Assembly (NCBI GenBank): GCA_963665145.1
Contig: OY762064.1
Coordinates: 1,588,239-1,652,238 of the forward strand
Reading direction: 5' to 3'
DNA length: 64,000 bases
Origin: Gammaproteobacteria bacterium
GTDB taxonomy: Bacteria > Pseudomonadota > Gammaproteobacteria > Steroidobacterales > Foliamicaceae
Positions 27,862-37,881 of the stretch are shown here, one piece after another. The stretch's first letter is position 1. The number at the start of each line of letters is the position of its first letter. Below the pieces are notes generated by a model that was not told where the DNA came from, did no database searches, and worked only from the letters and a program-made list of their open reading frames with translations. The translations under genes and the position numbers were made by a program.

Positions 27862-29297
27862 TGAGCGGCGGCAAGCACCGCTTCCGGTTGACCGTGAAGG
27901 CCATCGCTGCCGCGAAGCCGGGGGCGATGGAACGCACCCTGTGGGACACCCAGCTGGCGCACTTCGGGGTTCGGGTGCAACCCTCCGGGGTCAAGTCCTA
28001 CATCATCCAGACCCGCGTTAACGGGCGCATGCGCAAGATCACGCTCGGGCGGTTCCCTGAACTGTCGCTGGACGCGGCACGGCGCGAGGGCGCGGCCGTG
28101 CTCGCCCGCCTGTGGAGCGGCGAGGACGTGAAGCCGGCGCGGAAGAACAGGGCGCCGCTGTTCCGGGATTTCGCCAAGCGCTACCGTGAACGGCGGCGGC
28201 ACCGTTGGAAGCCGTCCTCGCTCGAAACCCACGACATCTACATGCGCAACCGGCTGATGCCGGCCTTTGGCCGGATGCGGCTCGACGCCATCGACCATGC
28301 GCGCGTTTCCGCCTGGTTCGATGCCGCCAGTGTGGACAAGCCCGGCGCGGCCAACCGCGCCTTCGAAATCCTGCGCGCGATGCTGAAGACGGCCCGCCAG
28401 TGGGGAGACATCGGAGAACACGTCCCCGACGCCTGCGCCAATATCGTCAAAAACCCGAGAAGGCACGTCGCGCGTTTTCTGAACCGCGGGGAACTCGAAC
28501 GGCTCGGTGCCGTCCTGGACGCGCACCAGGCCGAACAGCCGTGGCGGGTCGCCGCGGTCCGGCTGCTGACGCTCACCGGCGCGCGCCTGTCGGAGATCCT
28601 CAACCTCAAGTGGGAGGAGGTCGGCGAGTTGGATGCCGACGGCGCCAGCGCCCGTCTCGAAGACTCCAAGACCGGGCCGCGCACGGTCTGGCTCGGGCCG
28701 GAGGCGGCCAACGTGCTCGCCGCCCTGCCGCGGGCGGAAGAGGCCGCGCGGGTGTTCCCGGGAAATCTCACGCCGGGCCGGTTCTACAGGTTCTGGGTCG
28801 GCATCCGGGAGGAAGCCGGGCTGGCCGGGCTGCGGATCCACGACTGCCGCCACACCTGGGCCTCGCAGGGCGTCATGAACGGCGTCGGGCTGACCACCGT
28901 CGGGCGGCTGCTCGGACACCGCCAGCGCGAAACCACGGCAATCTATGCGCACCTCGACGATGCCGCGCTTTACGACGCCGCCGCGCAGGTCGCGAACGTC
29001 ATGGCCCGTGTAATGGATTTCAAGGAGACGGCACCTGAATTGCCTCACGATGAAGAACAAAACGGTGAGAAACGCGATCAATCACTCCTTTTGAATTCAC
29101 GGGAGAGGCCAGCCGATTCTCCGAATCTCTCTAAGACGAAGAGCGAACTCGGAACGTCCTGCAGGAAGGGCGAAGACATCACCGAAGAGCTTCTCCGACA
29201 ACGGAAGTTCGAGCAGTTGGTGCGACCAACCGGAGCCGAACCCCCTGCAACAGGCGCGCCCGGCAACCAACGTCCCGCGCCGCTCGATTGGCTGTGA
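27858..29297 (+). CDS. tyrosine integrase 4 (overlaps integrase 3 by 4 nt) with a roughly 90-aa low-complexity C-terminal extension
   Basis: 479 aa. Motifs: LWDTQLAHFGVRVQPSGVKSYIIQTR, LTGARLSE, HDCRHTWAS, LGHRQRETTAIYAHL. The tail after about residue 390 has no integrase similarity. Confidence 0.85.
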   Translation: MMSGGKHRFRLTVKAIAAAKPGAMERTLWDTQLAHFGVRVQPSGVKSYIIQTRVNGRMRKITLGRFPELSLDAARREGAAVLARLWSGEDVKPARKNRAPLFRDFAKRYRERRRHRWKPSSLETHDIYMRNRLMPAFGRMRLDAIDHARVSAWFDAASVDKPGAANRAFEILRAMLKTARQWGDIGEHVPDACANIVKNPRRHVARFLNRGELERLGAVLDAHQAEQPWRVAAVRLLTLTGARLSEILNLKWEEVGELDADGASARLEDSKTGPRTVWLGPEAANVLAALPRAEEAARVFPGNLTPGRFYRFWVGIREEAGLAGLRIHDCRHTWASQGVMNGVGLTTVGRLLGHRQRETTAIYAHLDDAALYDAAAQVANVMARVMDFKETAPELPHDEEQNGEKRDQSLLLNSRERPADSPNLSKTKSELGTSCRKGEDITEELLRQRKFEQLVRPTGAEPPATGAPGNQRPAPLDWL

Positions 29298-29420
29298 CTG
29301 GGCCCATAGGCTTCACTGCCCCGGAACCGTTGACGGGAAAGCTGTCGCCATGGCCTATTTCAAGCGAACACGCGTCGGATCTGGGCTACCAGCCCCTGAA
29401 CTCAATCGAGCGGAATCGGC

Positions 29421-30608
29421 TCAGGTCGATCGCATCCGCTCGGCCCTCGACAGTTTCTGCAACACGCCTTTGATCCGACCCACCGCTTCATCGATGTCGT
29501 CATCGCTTGTGGCGAAGCCGAGACTAAAGCGGATGGAGGATTCAGCCTCGTCACAACTCAGGCCGATTGCTCTCAGGACATGCGAAGGTTCCGGTATGCC
29601 CGACGTGCAGGCCGAACCGGTCGAGGCTGCGACATGCGGCTGCAAAGCGACCAGTATGTCGTGGGCCGCGAATCCCACGAACCCGATATTCGCGTTGCCG
29701 GGATGTCGGGATTGCCCCTCCGGGCCATTCATAGTGATCGGCCAAGCAAGTCGCCTCAGACCGGTAACGAACCTGTCTCTCTTGCGGCGCAACTTCTTAC
29801 GCCGATTTTCGGCGGTCGCGTCCGTAAACATGTCTGCGGCTACGCCCATGCCAACGCAAAGCGGGATGGGCACCGTGCCCGAGCGCAAACCGTTCTGCTG
29901 GCCGCCGCCGTAGATCAGCGGTTCGATCCGGTCTTGAAGTTCCCGTGCAATATAAGCGGCTCCTATTCCCTTCGGCCCGTACATCTTGTGTGCTGAAATA
30001 CTGAGAATATCGACGTATTCGGCGAATGAACTCAGCTCAATTGCGACCGGTGCTTGTGCCGCGTCGCAGTGAAATGCGGCACCGTAGTTCCTTGCGACCT
30101 TTGATAGACGCTTGATATCCTCAATCGTTCCGATTTCGTTATTCACGGCCATGATCGATACAAGAAGAACATCGTCATCCAACGATTCTTCAAGCGTTGA
30201 CGCTTCGATAAAACCCTTCGAGTCAACTGGCAGGAGTTCGACTTTCAAGCCTAGCCGTTCTTCAATCGCGCGCCCCGCGGCCAGGACGCATTTATGCTCG
30301 GCGGCGCTGACCAGCACACGCCGGCGCATGCCGCCGCGCGCGCGGCGCGCGAGCCCCAGCAAGGCGAGGTTGTTCGCTTCGGTCGCCCCCGAAGTGAAGA
30401 TGATTTCATCGGCGTCCGCACCGATCAAGCGTGCGACTCGGGCGGCGGCCTCGTCCACGGCGCGCAATGTTTCCCATCCGAGGGCGTGATCGACGGAATG
30501 CGGATTGCCGAACGATTCAGTGAAATACGGCGTCATTTCGGCAAGAACACGCGAATCTAACGGCGTGGTCGCCTGATGGTCGAGATATATGGTGTCTCTA
30601 ATTCTCAT
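29421..30608 (-). CDS. sspA: cysteine desulfurase (IscS/NifS/DndA class), SspA-type
   Basis: 395 aa. The PLP-lysine region is LSISAHKMYGPKGIGA and the active-site Cys loop is GSACTSG. It is divergently placed next to sspB-like genes. Confidence 0.8.
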   Translation of the reverse strand: MRIRDTIYLDHQATTPLDSRVLAEMTPYFTESFGNPHSVDHALGWETLRAVDEAAARVARLIGADADEIIFTSGATEANNLALLGLARRARGGMRRRVLVSAAEHKCVLAAGRAIEERLGLKVELLPVDSKGFIEASTLEESLDDDVLLVSIMAVNNEIGTIEDIKRLSKVARNYGAAFHCDAAQAPVAIELSSFAEYVDILSISAHKMYGPKGIGAAYIARELQDRIEPLIYGGGQQNGLRSGTVPIPLCVGMGVAADMFTDATAENRRKKLRRKRDRFVTGLRRLAWPITMNGPEGQSRHPGNANIGFVGFAAHDILVALQPHVAASTGSACTSGIPEPSHVLRAIGLSCDEAESSIRFSLGFATSDDDIDEAVGRIKGVLQKLSRAERMRST

Positions 30609-30695
30609 TTAGCCTCAATAGCATAGACGCTGAAATCCCTGAGCTTACCCTCCTGCCGGCATCGGCGTGTTTCTGGGGCACGCCTCCAGGTCCAA

Positions 30696-30725
30696 TTGAC
30701 CATAGCACGCCATTCGGGCTACAGT
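30696..30725 (+). promoter_or_regulatory. possible sigma70-type promoter for sspBCD (TTGACC-18 nt-TACAGT)
   Basis: These hexamers were read directly in the 152-bp divergent sspA/sspB intergenic region. The spacer is one nt longer than optimal. Confidence 0.25.
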
Positions 30726-30760
30726 CGAGCTGGAGGCATCATCCAGTAGCCGAGGCACCA

Positions 30761-31723
30761 ATGGCGCGCGGACCACTTTTTCAAGACACCTACAGCCCGC
30801 AGTTTTCGGGCCATGAAACCTTCCCGCTTCGTTACGGGTGGCTGAAAAAGTCGTATGACCGTGTTGCAGAGACCGAACACGAAGAAGAGAACAGGACTCT
30901 GTGTTGGGATGATGACGCCATTGCGCGATTCGGCGTCGGCAAGAACATGGTCGCCTCAATGCGCCATTGGGCGAAGGCGGCGAGCATCATAGAAGAACCG
31001 GCGATCAATGCCGTCAGAACGACTGAACTCGGACGAAAGTTAGTGAGCAACAATGCCGGGTTCGATCCGTATATGGAGCATCCCGCGACCCTGTGGCTGA
31101 TACATTGGCAATTGGCAGCCTATCCCAAAAAGACGACATGGTTCTGGGCGTTCAGTCACTTCCCGGCAATTACGTTCGAGCGGGACCATTTCGTGAAAAA
31201 GCTCGACTGGCTTGCGAAAGATCGCAATTGGTCGCGGGTGGCGACCACGACCATTAGAAACGATGTTGCGTGCTTTATCCGCACCTATGTTGCGCGTGCA
31301 CCATCGGGGAGAACCGGCCATGATGATGCGCTAGAATCGCCCCTCACCGAGTTGGGCCTAATAAAGCCAGTCGGAAAGAAAGACATATTCCGCTTTGTGC
31401 GCGGCCCGAAATCCACCTTGGGCGACGGCGTGTTCGCCTACGCCCTGACCGATTTCTGGTCGCGGTATTCTCCTGATGCGGCGACGCTCGCTTTCGAGGC
31501 CATCGCGCATGCGCCTGGCGCGCCGGGTCGTGTGTTTTGCCTGGATGAAAACGATGTTGCTGACCGGCTCGCTGCTCTCGACGACGCGACGGGCGGCGCA
31601 CTGCAATGGTCCGAGACCGCGGGGTTGAAGCAGGTCGTCCGCAACGTCAAAATCGACGGCGACACCAGATTCAAATGGCTGCCTATGGATTACGGCAGCG
31701 CCGCCCAAAGGGAGGCTGCGTAA
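30761..31723 (+). CDS. sspB: DUF4007-family protein, SspB-type
   Basis: 320 aa. The N-terminal FSGHETFPLRYGWLKKSYD is the block I associate with DUF4007/SspB. Its stop overlaps the next ATG (TAATG). Confidence 0.75.
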   Translation: MARGPLFQDTYSPQFSGHETFPLRYGWLKKSYDRVAETEHEEENRTLCWDDDAIARFGVGKNMVASMRHWAKAASIIEEPAINAVRTTELGRKLVSNNAGFDPYMEHPATLWLIHWQLAAYPKKTTWFWAFSHFPAITFERDHFVKKLDWLAKDRNWSRVATTTIRNDVACFIRTYVARAPSGRTGHDDALESPLTELGLIKPVGKKDIFRFVRGPKSTLGDGVFAYALTDFWSRYSPDAATLAFEAIAHAPGAPGRVFCLDENDVADRLAALDDATGGALQWSETAGLKQVVRNVKIDGDTRFKWLPMDYGSAAQREAA

Positions 31724-34700
31724 TGCCATTGAACAAACATGTCCGCATAGCACGCCGCTTTTTGAGGTCGATCCGGATTGACACCGATCTTGGAGAGACC
31801 TCGGCTCTTGAAGGATTTATATGCCCGCAATCTTCAGCCGACGTACTCGCGACGATGGCGCGGCATGTAGCTGAGACCGGACAAGGCGCGTTCACATGGA
31901 CCGGCCCTTACGGCAGCGGCAAGTCGAGCCTTGTCGTCGCGCTCGCGGCATTGCTGAATGGGAATGCCGGATTGCAGGGGCAGGCGGGGAAGCTGTTCGG
32001 CCGCAAGCTGACTGGTGACATTCACAGGGCGATGCCGACCGGCAGGAAGGGATGGCGCGTCGTTCCCGTGGTCGGCCGCCGCGACAACCCCGTGGCGGTC
32101 ATCGGCGAGGCCGTGCATAAATCCGGGATCCTGTCGCGCCGGCCGCACGGCGGCTGGTCCGAGCAAGAACTGATCGACACGCTGGTCGATGCGGCGGCGG
32201 AAAAATCGAAGACGCATGGCGGGCTCGTACTGTTCATTGACGAAATGGGCAAGTTTCTGGAAGCCGCCGCGCAGGACGGCTCTGACATCTACGTTCTTCA
32301 ACAGCTCGCCGAAACGGCCTCGCGCAGCGGTGGGCGGTTGCTGATCGTCGGCATCCTGCACCAGGCATTCGAGGAATACGCCCATCGGCTCTCCCATGAG
32401 AAGCGCGACGAATGGGCGAAGATTCAGGGGCGGTTCATCGACCTGGTCGTCAACACCGCCGGTGAAGAACAGATTGAGTTGATCTCCCGCGCCATCGAGA
32501 GCGATCCCTGTCCACGGAAATTCCACCGGCTTGCCGCGACGGTCGCAAATTTCGCCCGGCGCGATCGCGTCGGCGACGCGCAACGGCTCGCGTCGATGCT
32601 TGAGGCTTGCTGGCCCTTGCATCCCGTCGTAGCCTGCCTTCTCGGGCCGATATCGAGACGGCGCTTCGGCCAGAACCAGCGCAGTATCTTCGGGTTTCTG
32701 AATTCGTCGGAGCCCCACGGGTTTCGAGACTTTCTGAACACTGCCGGTGACGATGCGCTCTACGGGCCGGATCGGCTCTGGGATTACCTGCGGGCGAATC
32801 TCGAACCTTCGATTCTCGCGTCGCCTGACGGGCACCGTTGGGCGCTGGCGGCCGAGCCGCTGGAGCGCTGTGAGGCCATCGGCGGCAACGAACTCCATAT
32901 CAGCCTGCTCAAGACCATCGCGGTCATCGACCTGTTCAAGGAGCGCTCCGGCCTCGTCGCGCGGTTCGACCTGCTGCGAAGCTGCTTTCCGAGAGAGACT
33001 GTCACGACGCTGGAAAATACTCTTTCCGACCTCGACACTTGGTCGTTCACGACGTTCAAGAAGTTCCTCGACGCGCATGCCATCTTCGCCGGAAGCGATT
33101 TCGATATCGACCGGGCCGTGCGTGGCGCGCTCGACGACATTGACGAGATCGATTTTGCGGAGCTGAAACACCTGGCGGGGTTGCAGCCGATTCTCGCTAA
33201 GCGCCACTACCATAACACCGGCGCTTTGCGTTGGTTCGATGTCAACATCGTGCCTGTCAGCGAGCTGGAGCGCGTCGCGGCCGGATTCGCGTCTGAGAAC
33301 GGCGCAATCGGTCAGTTTCTTCTCGCAATCCCGACGGATGGGGAGAGCCAGCAGCTTGCGGAAAAGCTGTGCCGCAAGGCAGCACGGCACAGCGACGCGT
33401 GGGATATCGTTGTCGGCATCTCCAAACGGTCGTGGGCCATCGTGCCGCTGGCGCGTGAACTTTTTGCCCTCGACAGCGTCGGCAACGACCACCCCGAACT
33501 GGCCGGGGACAGTGTCGCGCGACGCGAAGTGTCCGCCCGGCTGGCGACGCTGCAAGCTTTGCTTGAATCCGAGTTTCACAAGGCCTTCGACAACGCCCTG
33601 TGGTTCCGCAAGAATCACCAGCCCAAACACCTGCGGCAAGCGGACCTGAACAGCGTTGCGTCCGAACTTGCAGACAAGCGCTACGATGCGTGCCCGCGCC
33701 TGCACAACGAACTTCTTAACCGGCACAAGCCGTCCAGCAACGCCATTGCCGCGCAGAACACCCTGCTGCGGAACATGGTGCTGAACGAAGGGACGGACCG
33801 GCTCGGCATCAAGCGGTTCCCGGCGGAAGGCGGGCTGTTCGCGTCGATACTTGAAAAGACAGGCCTTTATGCGAATCCCGGTAACGGGTGGCGTTTCGTC
33901 TCTCCCACCGAGGACGACGACGATCCGTGCCGTCTCGCCCCTGTGTGGCAAAAGGCGCTCGACCTTTTGAAACGGAATGCAGACCGCACCGTCGCAGTCT
34001 CGGAAATCTTCGATGAGTGGCGCAAACCACCCTATGGCGTCAAAGACGGGTTGATGCCGATTCTCGCCGTCGCGTTCATTTTGTCGCAACGCGACAAACT
34101 CGCCGTCTATCGCGAGGGAATATTCCAGGCGCGGTTCGACGATGTTGATGTCGATTATCTTGCGAAGGATGCTGGCGCGATCCAGTTGCGCTGGATGAAC
34201 CTGACCGATGTTTCTCGCCGCCTGTTGTCCGATATGGCGAAAGTCGTGCGCGCGCTCGACAGCGAAAACAAACTCGTGCACTTGGAGCCGCTTGATGTCG
34301 CGCGCGGCCTTGTCGCAATTTTCGACCGACTGCCGCAATGGACCCGGCGGACGATGCGCTTGTCCGCCAATGCGGTTCATGTCCGCGATATCTTCAATCG
34401 AGCGAATGATCCGAACAAGTTCCTATTCGACGATATTCCGGCGACGCTCGGCGAAGACCTTTCATCCGCTAAGGGCGAGGACCTTGGCCACGTGGTCGCG
34501 AGCGTTCGCGGCGGGCTTGAGGAGCTGGTGCATGCCTATCCGGAGATGCTGAACCGTTTGCGCGACATCATGCTCGCGGAATTGCAGGTTCCGAACGCTT
34601 CGCCGGAATCGCTCGCGGAGTTGCGCGACCGGGCCGAAAACATAAGGCAACTTGCCGGAGATTTTCGGCTGGATGCGTTTATCGTCCGGCTGTCCGCCTT

Positions 34701-35115
34701 CGACGGGACCGACGAGAGCTTCGAGGGGATTGCCAGTCTCGCCACCAACAAACCGCCGCGCGACTGGGTCGATCCCGACCTTGACCGCGCCGCGATCGAG
34801 CTTGCCGACCTGGCGCAGAAGTTCACACGTGCCGAGACCTATGCGCGCGTCAAGGGGCGTCCGGAGAAGCGGCAGGCAATGGCCGTGGTGATCGGCATGG
34901 ACGGCCGACCCGCGCCGCTCCTGGAGGAATTCGACATAGCCGACTCGGACCGCGCCGCCGTGAACGAGTTGATCGAACGCGTCGCCTCAGCCCTCAACGA
35001 ATCCGACACGACTCGCCGCAGCATCATCCTCGCCGCGCTGGCGGAACTCAGCACGCGATACATGCATGCGCCGGAACGGACCAAAAAGAACCGGGAAGAA
35101 AGAGCCGCATCTTGA
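31723..35115 (+). CDS. sspC: large P-loop ATPase, SspC-type
   Basis: ATG at 31723 (MPLNKHVRIARRF..), about 1130 aa. Walker A is TGPYGSGKSS and Walker B is LVLFIDEMGKF. The position between the DUF4007 and PAPS-reductase genes matches ssp clusters. Confidence 0.7.
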   Translation: MPLNKHVRIARRFLRSIRIDTDLGETSALEGFICPQSSADVLATMARHVAETGQGAFTWTGPYGSGKSSLVVALAALLNGNAGLQGQAGKLFGRKLTGDIHRAMPTGRKGWRVVPVVGRRDNPVAVIGEAVHKSGILSRRPHGGWSEQELIDTLVDAAAEKSKTHGGLVLFIDEMGKFLEAAAQDGSDIYVLQQLAETASRSGGRLLIVGILHQAFEEYAHRLSHEKRDEWAKIQGRFIDLVVNTAGEEQIELISRAIESDPCPRKFHRLAATVANFARRDRVGDAQRLASMLEACWPLHPVVACLLGPISRRRFGQNQRSIFGFLNSSEPHGFRDFLNTAGDDALYGPDRLWDYLRANLEPSILASPDGHRWALAAEPLERCEAIGGNELHISLLKTIAVIDLFKERSGLVARFDLLRSCFPRETVTTLENTLSDLDTWSFTTFKKFLDAHAIFAGSDFDIDRAVRGALDDIDEIDFAELKHLAGLQPILAKRHYHNTGALRWFDVNIVPVSELERVAAGFASENGAIGQFLLAIPTDGESQQLAEKLCRKAARHSDAWDIVVGISKRSWAIVPLARELFALDSVGNDHPELAGDSVARREVSARLATLQALLESEFHKAFDNALWFRKNHQPKHLRQADLNSVASELADKRYDACPRLHNELLNRHKPSSNAIAAQNTLLRNMVLNEGTDRLGIKRFPAEGGLFASILEKTGLYANPGNGWRFVSPTEDDDDPCRLAPVWQKALDLLKRNADRTVAVSEIFDEWRKPPYGVKDGLMPILAVAFILSQRDKLAVYREGIFQARFDDVDVDYLAKDAGAIQLRWMNLTDVSRRLLSDMAKVVRALDSENKLVHLEPLDVARGLVAIFDRLPQWTRRTMRLSANAVHVRDIFNRANDPNKFLFDDIPATLGEDLSSAKGEDLGHVVASVRGGLEELVHAYPEMLNRLRDIMLAELQVPNASPESLAELRDRAENIRQLAGDFRLDAFIVRLSAFDGTDESFEGIASLATNKPPRDWVDPDLDRAAIELADLAQKFTRAETYARVKGRPEKRQAMAVVIGMDGRPAPLLEEFDIADSDRAAVNELIERVASALNESDTTRRSIILAALAELSTRYMHAPERTKKNREERAAS

Positions 35116-35951
35116 AAGCCGAAAACGTGAAACATGTTCTGGGGCTCTCTGGCGGCCGCGACAGCGCGGCTCTTGCCGTCTATATGCGGCAACATCACCC
35201 AGAGATGGAGATAGAGTATTTCTTTACGGACACCGGCAAGGAACTGCCTGAGGTCTATGAATTCCTCGGGCGTCTTGAAGGATTTCTCGGGCAGGAAATC
35301 CGCAAACTGAATCCCGACCGCGACTTCGACTTCTGGCTCAAGCAGTACAATAATTTCCTACCCTCGCCCCAAGCGCGCTGGTGCACACGGCAGCTCAAGC
35401 TCCGCCCGTTCGAACTCTGGCTGCGTCCGATGCTCGAAGACGGCATAACTGTCTACAGCTATGTCGCGATCCGCAGCGATGAGGCATACAGGGCGGGCTA
35501 TGCCTCGAAACACGACAACCTAGTCATCAAGCTGCCATTCAAGGATACGGGCATAGACAAGCCCGGTGTTCTCGAAATTCTCGACGGCGCGGGCCTTGGC
35601 CTGCCCAAATACTACGAATGGCGCACGCGTAGCGGTTGCACGTTCTGTTTTTTCCAGCAGAAGATCGAATGGGTGCGGCTCAGAGAGCGGCACCCAGAAG
35701 CGTTCGAGGAAGCCAAGGCGTACGAGAAGGATGCCGTGGAACATGGTTCGCCGTTCACTTGGAGCCAGGGAGAATCGCTGGAAGAGTTGGAGCAGTCCGA
35801 GCGGATCGCGCAGATTAGGGCCGATCACGCGGACCGTCTAGCGCGCATGCGCGCAAAGGTTCAGTCGAATCCCCTGAGACCGGACAGCGAGCCTCTGGAT
35901 ATTGATGATCTTTACGGTCAGGCGAAGAGTTGCCTGGCATGTCACAAATGA
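35112..35951 (+). CDS. sspD: PAPS-reductase/ATP-pyrophosphatase family protein, SspD-type (DndC-like)
   Basis: 279 aa with the PP-loop LGLSGGRDSAA and the Cys clusters CTFCFF and CLACHK. The TTG start overlaps the sspC stop by 4 nt; an alternative GTG lies a few codons downstream. Confidence 0.8.
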   Translation: MKAENVKHVLGLSGGRDSAALAVYMRQHHPEMEIEYFFTDTGKELPEVYEFLGRLEGFLGQEIRKLNPDRDFDFWLKQYNNFLPSPQARWCTRQLKLRPFELWLRPMLEDGITVYSYVAIRSDEAYRAGYASKHDNLVIKLPFKDTGIDKPGVLEILDGAGLGLPKYYEWRTRSGCTFCFFQQKIEWVRLRERHPEAFEEAKAYEKDAVEHGSPFTWSQGESLEELEQSERIAQIRADHADRLARMRAKVQSNPLRPDSEPLDIDDLYGQAKSCLACHK

Positions 35952-35993
35952 CCGCAGCCGAGTCGAAGAATGATTGCAACGAGGGCATAAGAA

Positions 35994-36521
35994 TTGAGTT
36001 TCGATCTGCTCAGAGATTTTGCGAATGAAGCGAACCGGGAAATCGGCGCCTTCCAGCTCCGCTTCATCTTGTCGCCCGACAAGATGCGGCGGGACAACTA
36101 CGATTTTCAAGAACTGAACTGGGACTCCATTCACTTCGGCGACGACGCTGAAATCGAGAAAATTCCAGCCGACAAACGGGGCGTCTATGCGCTCACCATT
36201 TGTCATCCGAGCAAGGTTCTGCCGCCGCACGGATATGTCATTTACATCGGTATCGCCGGGCGACGATCGGATCGACCGCTTCGAGAGAGATACAAAGATT
36301 ATCTGAACGAAAGGCGTATCCAGAAAAAACGACAGCCTCTGGCCTATGCGATCGGAAATTGGCAGCACGTACTTCGGTTTTACTTCGCGCCCGTCGATGA
36401 CGGGTTTTCATCCGAAGACCTCGAAAATCTGGAAGAACAAATGAACACGGCGCTTATACCGCCTTACTCTTTCGGCGACCTAGAGGCTGACACCAAGCGC
36501 AAAAGGAAGGCGTTTCCCTGA
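35994..36521 (+). CDS. hypothetical protein with GIY-YIG-like motif pair
   Basis: 175 aa from a TTG start (alternative internal ATG at residue 31). The stretch KRGVYAL...GYVIYIGIAG...LRERYKDYL resembles GIY/YIG/Arg spacing but with a longer insert. Its stop overlaps the next ATG (TGATG). Confidence 0.45.
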   Translation: MSFDLLRDFANEANREIGAFQLRFILSPDKMRRDNYDFQELNWDSIHFGDDAEIEKIPADKRGVYALTICHPSKVLPPHGYVIYIGIAGRRSDRPLRERYKDYLNERRIQKKRQPLAYAIGNWQHVLRFYFAPVDDGFSSEDLENLEEQMNTALIPPYSFGDLEADTKRKRKAFP

Positions 36522-37792
36522 TGGCAGAAAAAAAGAAATCGCTTGATCCGATAGTGTTGCCCGCTCTTCGCGGAATCATGGGCGACTGGATATATTACAC
36601 ATGCCTGATGGATATCGGCGAACTGAGTAAAAGGGTGCGCTATGCCAAAGAAGTGCATAGTAACAAGCTGCTTTCCGACATGATACAGCGCAAGCTCAGG
36701 AGTGGGCGCGCCGCCCAGATTGCACAGTATCTCGAAGACCAGCCTGAAAGACTCTTCAACGCTTTGGTCGTCGCAACCTACGACGGGCAGCCGAACTGGC
36801 ATGCATTGAACGACGTGAAGAGCAGGACCAAGGACGGTGAGTTGGAAGGCCTGGACGACGACACGATTGCATCGGTCGGCTTCCTGACGCTCCGGGGAAA
36901 TGAAAAGCTGTTCGCTCTCGACGGGCAACACAGGCTCGCGGGAATCAAGAAGGCCATTCACGGCGGCATCAACCAGGACCCCTATGACGAGGTCTCGGTG
37001 ATTTTCGTCGGACACCGGGATACGAGTAAAGGGCTTGAGCGCACGCGCCGCCTCTTCACAACGTTAAACAAGACTGCAAGACCCGTCACGAAGGGCGAGA
37101 TCATCGCGCTCGACGAAGACGATGTCATGGCGATTTGCGCGAGGCGACTTATCGAGCAGACCAAACTTTTCGAGGGCAAAAGGATAGCGTTTGTGGCAAG
37201 CAACAACATACCGACCGCGAATACGACCGCCTTGACCACGATTGCCAATCTCTACGATGTCCTCACGATATTGTTTACCAACGCGCAATCCGACCTGAAT
37301 AAGCAGAAGGCCGATTTGCAGCGGGTACGTCCCGATGACGAGACGCTGGACAAATATTTCAAGTTCGCGGAAACCTATTTCCTTCAACTCAGAAAGAATT
37401 TCAAAGCGCTAGACGAATTTTTTGGCGCGAAAAACACCGACCCGGTGGTCAAGAAGTATCGCGGCAGCCACGGGGGACATGTGCTCTTCCGTCCGATCGG
37501 ACTGGAAATCATGACCCGTGTGATCGCCCGCTTCACAAAGGATATGAGCCTAGGGCGGGCCGTCAATCTTGCGGCCAAGCTGCCTGACAGCCTGAATGAA
37601 GAGCCGTTTCAGTGGCTTATGTGGGAGCCGAACAAGAAGATCATGCTCAATGGCCACAAGGTGACAATTCGTGAAGTTCTTTTGTACATGGTCGGAAAGA
37701 ATGCAAGAAACTACACCAAAGCGACATTGCTGGAGAGGTATCAAAGAGAAACCGGCGACCAAACGGCGGAACTCCCGGACACAATCTGGTGA
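36521..37792 (+). CDS. DGQHR-domain protein (DndB-like/ParB-like fold)
   Basis: 423 aa with a literal DGQHRLAGIKKAI motif in the FALDGQHR context and DndB-like length. Confidence 0.8.
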   Translation: MAEKKKSLDPIVLPALRGIMGDWIYYTCLMDIGELSKRVRYAKEVHSNKLLSDMIQRKLRSGRAAQIAQYLEDQPERLFNALVVATYDGQPNWHALNDVKSRTKDGELEGLDDDTIASVGFLTLRGNEKLFALDGQHRLAGIKKAIHGGINQDPYDEVSVIFVGHRDTSKGLERTRRLFTTLNKTARPVTKGEIIALDEDDVMAICARRLIEQTKLFEGKRIAFVASNNIPTANTTALTTIANLYDVLTILFTNAQSDLNKQKADLQRVRPDDETLDKYFKFAETYFLQLRKNFKALDEFFGAKNTDPVVKKYRGSHGGHVLFRPIGLEIMTRVIARFTKDMSLGRAVNLAAKLPDSLNEEPFQWLMWEPNKKIMLNGHKVTIREVLLYMVGKNARNYTKATLLERYQRETGDQTAELPDTIW

Positions 37793-37881
37793 ATACGTAT
37801 GCCGCCAAGCGGACGGGCGAGAATGCATACGAACGACTTGAATAGGAAAGGTCAGGTTCTTGCGCCCGCCATGAATGAACC

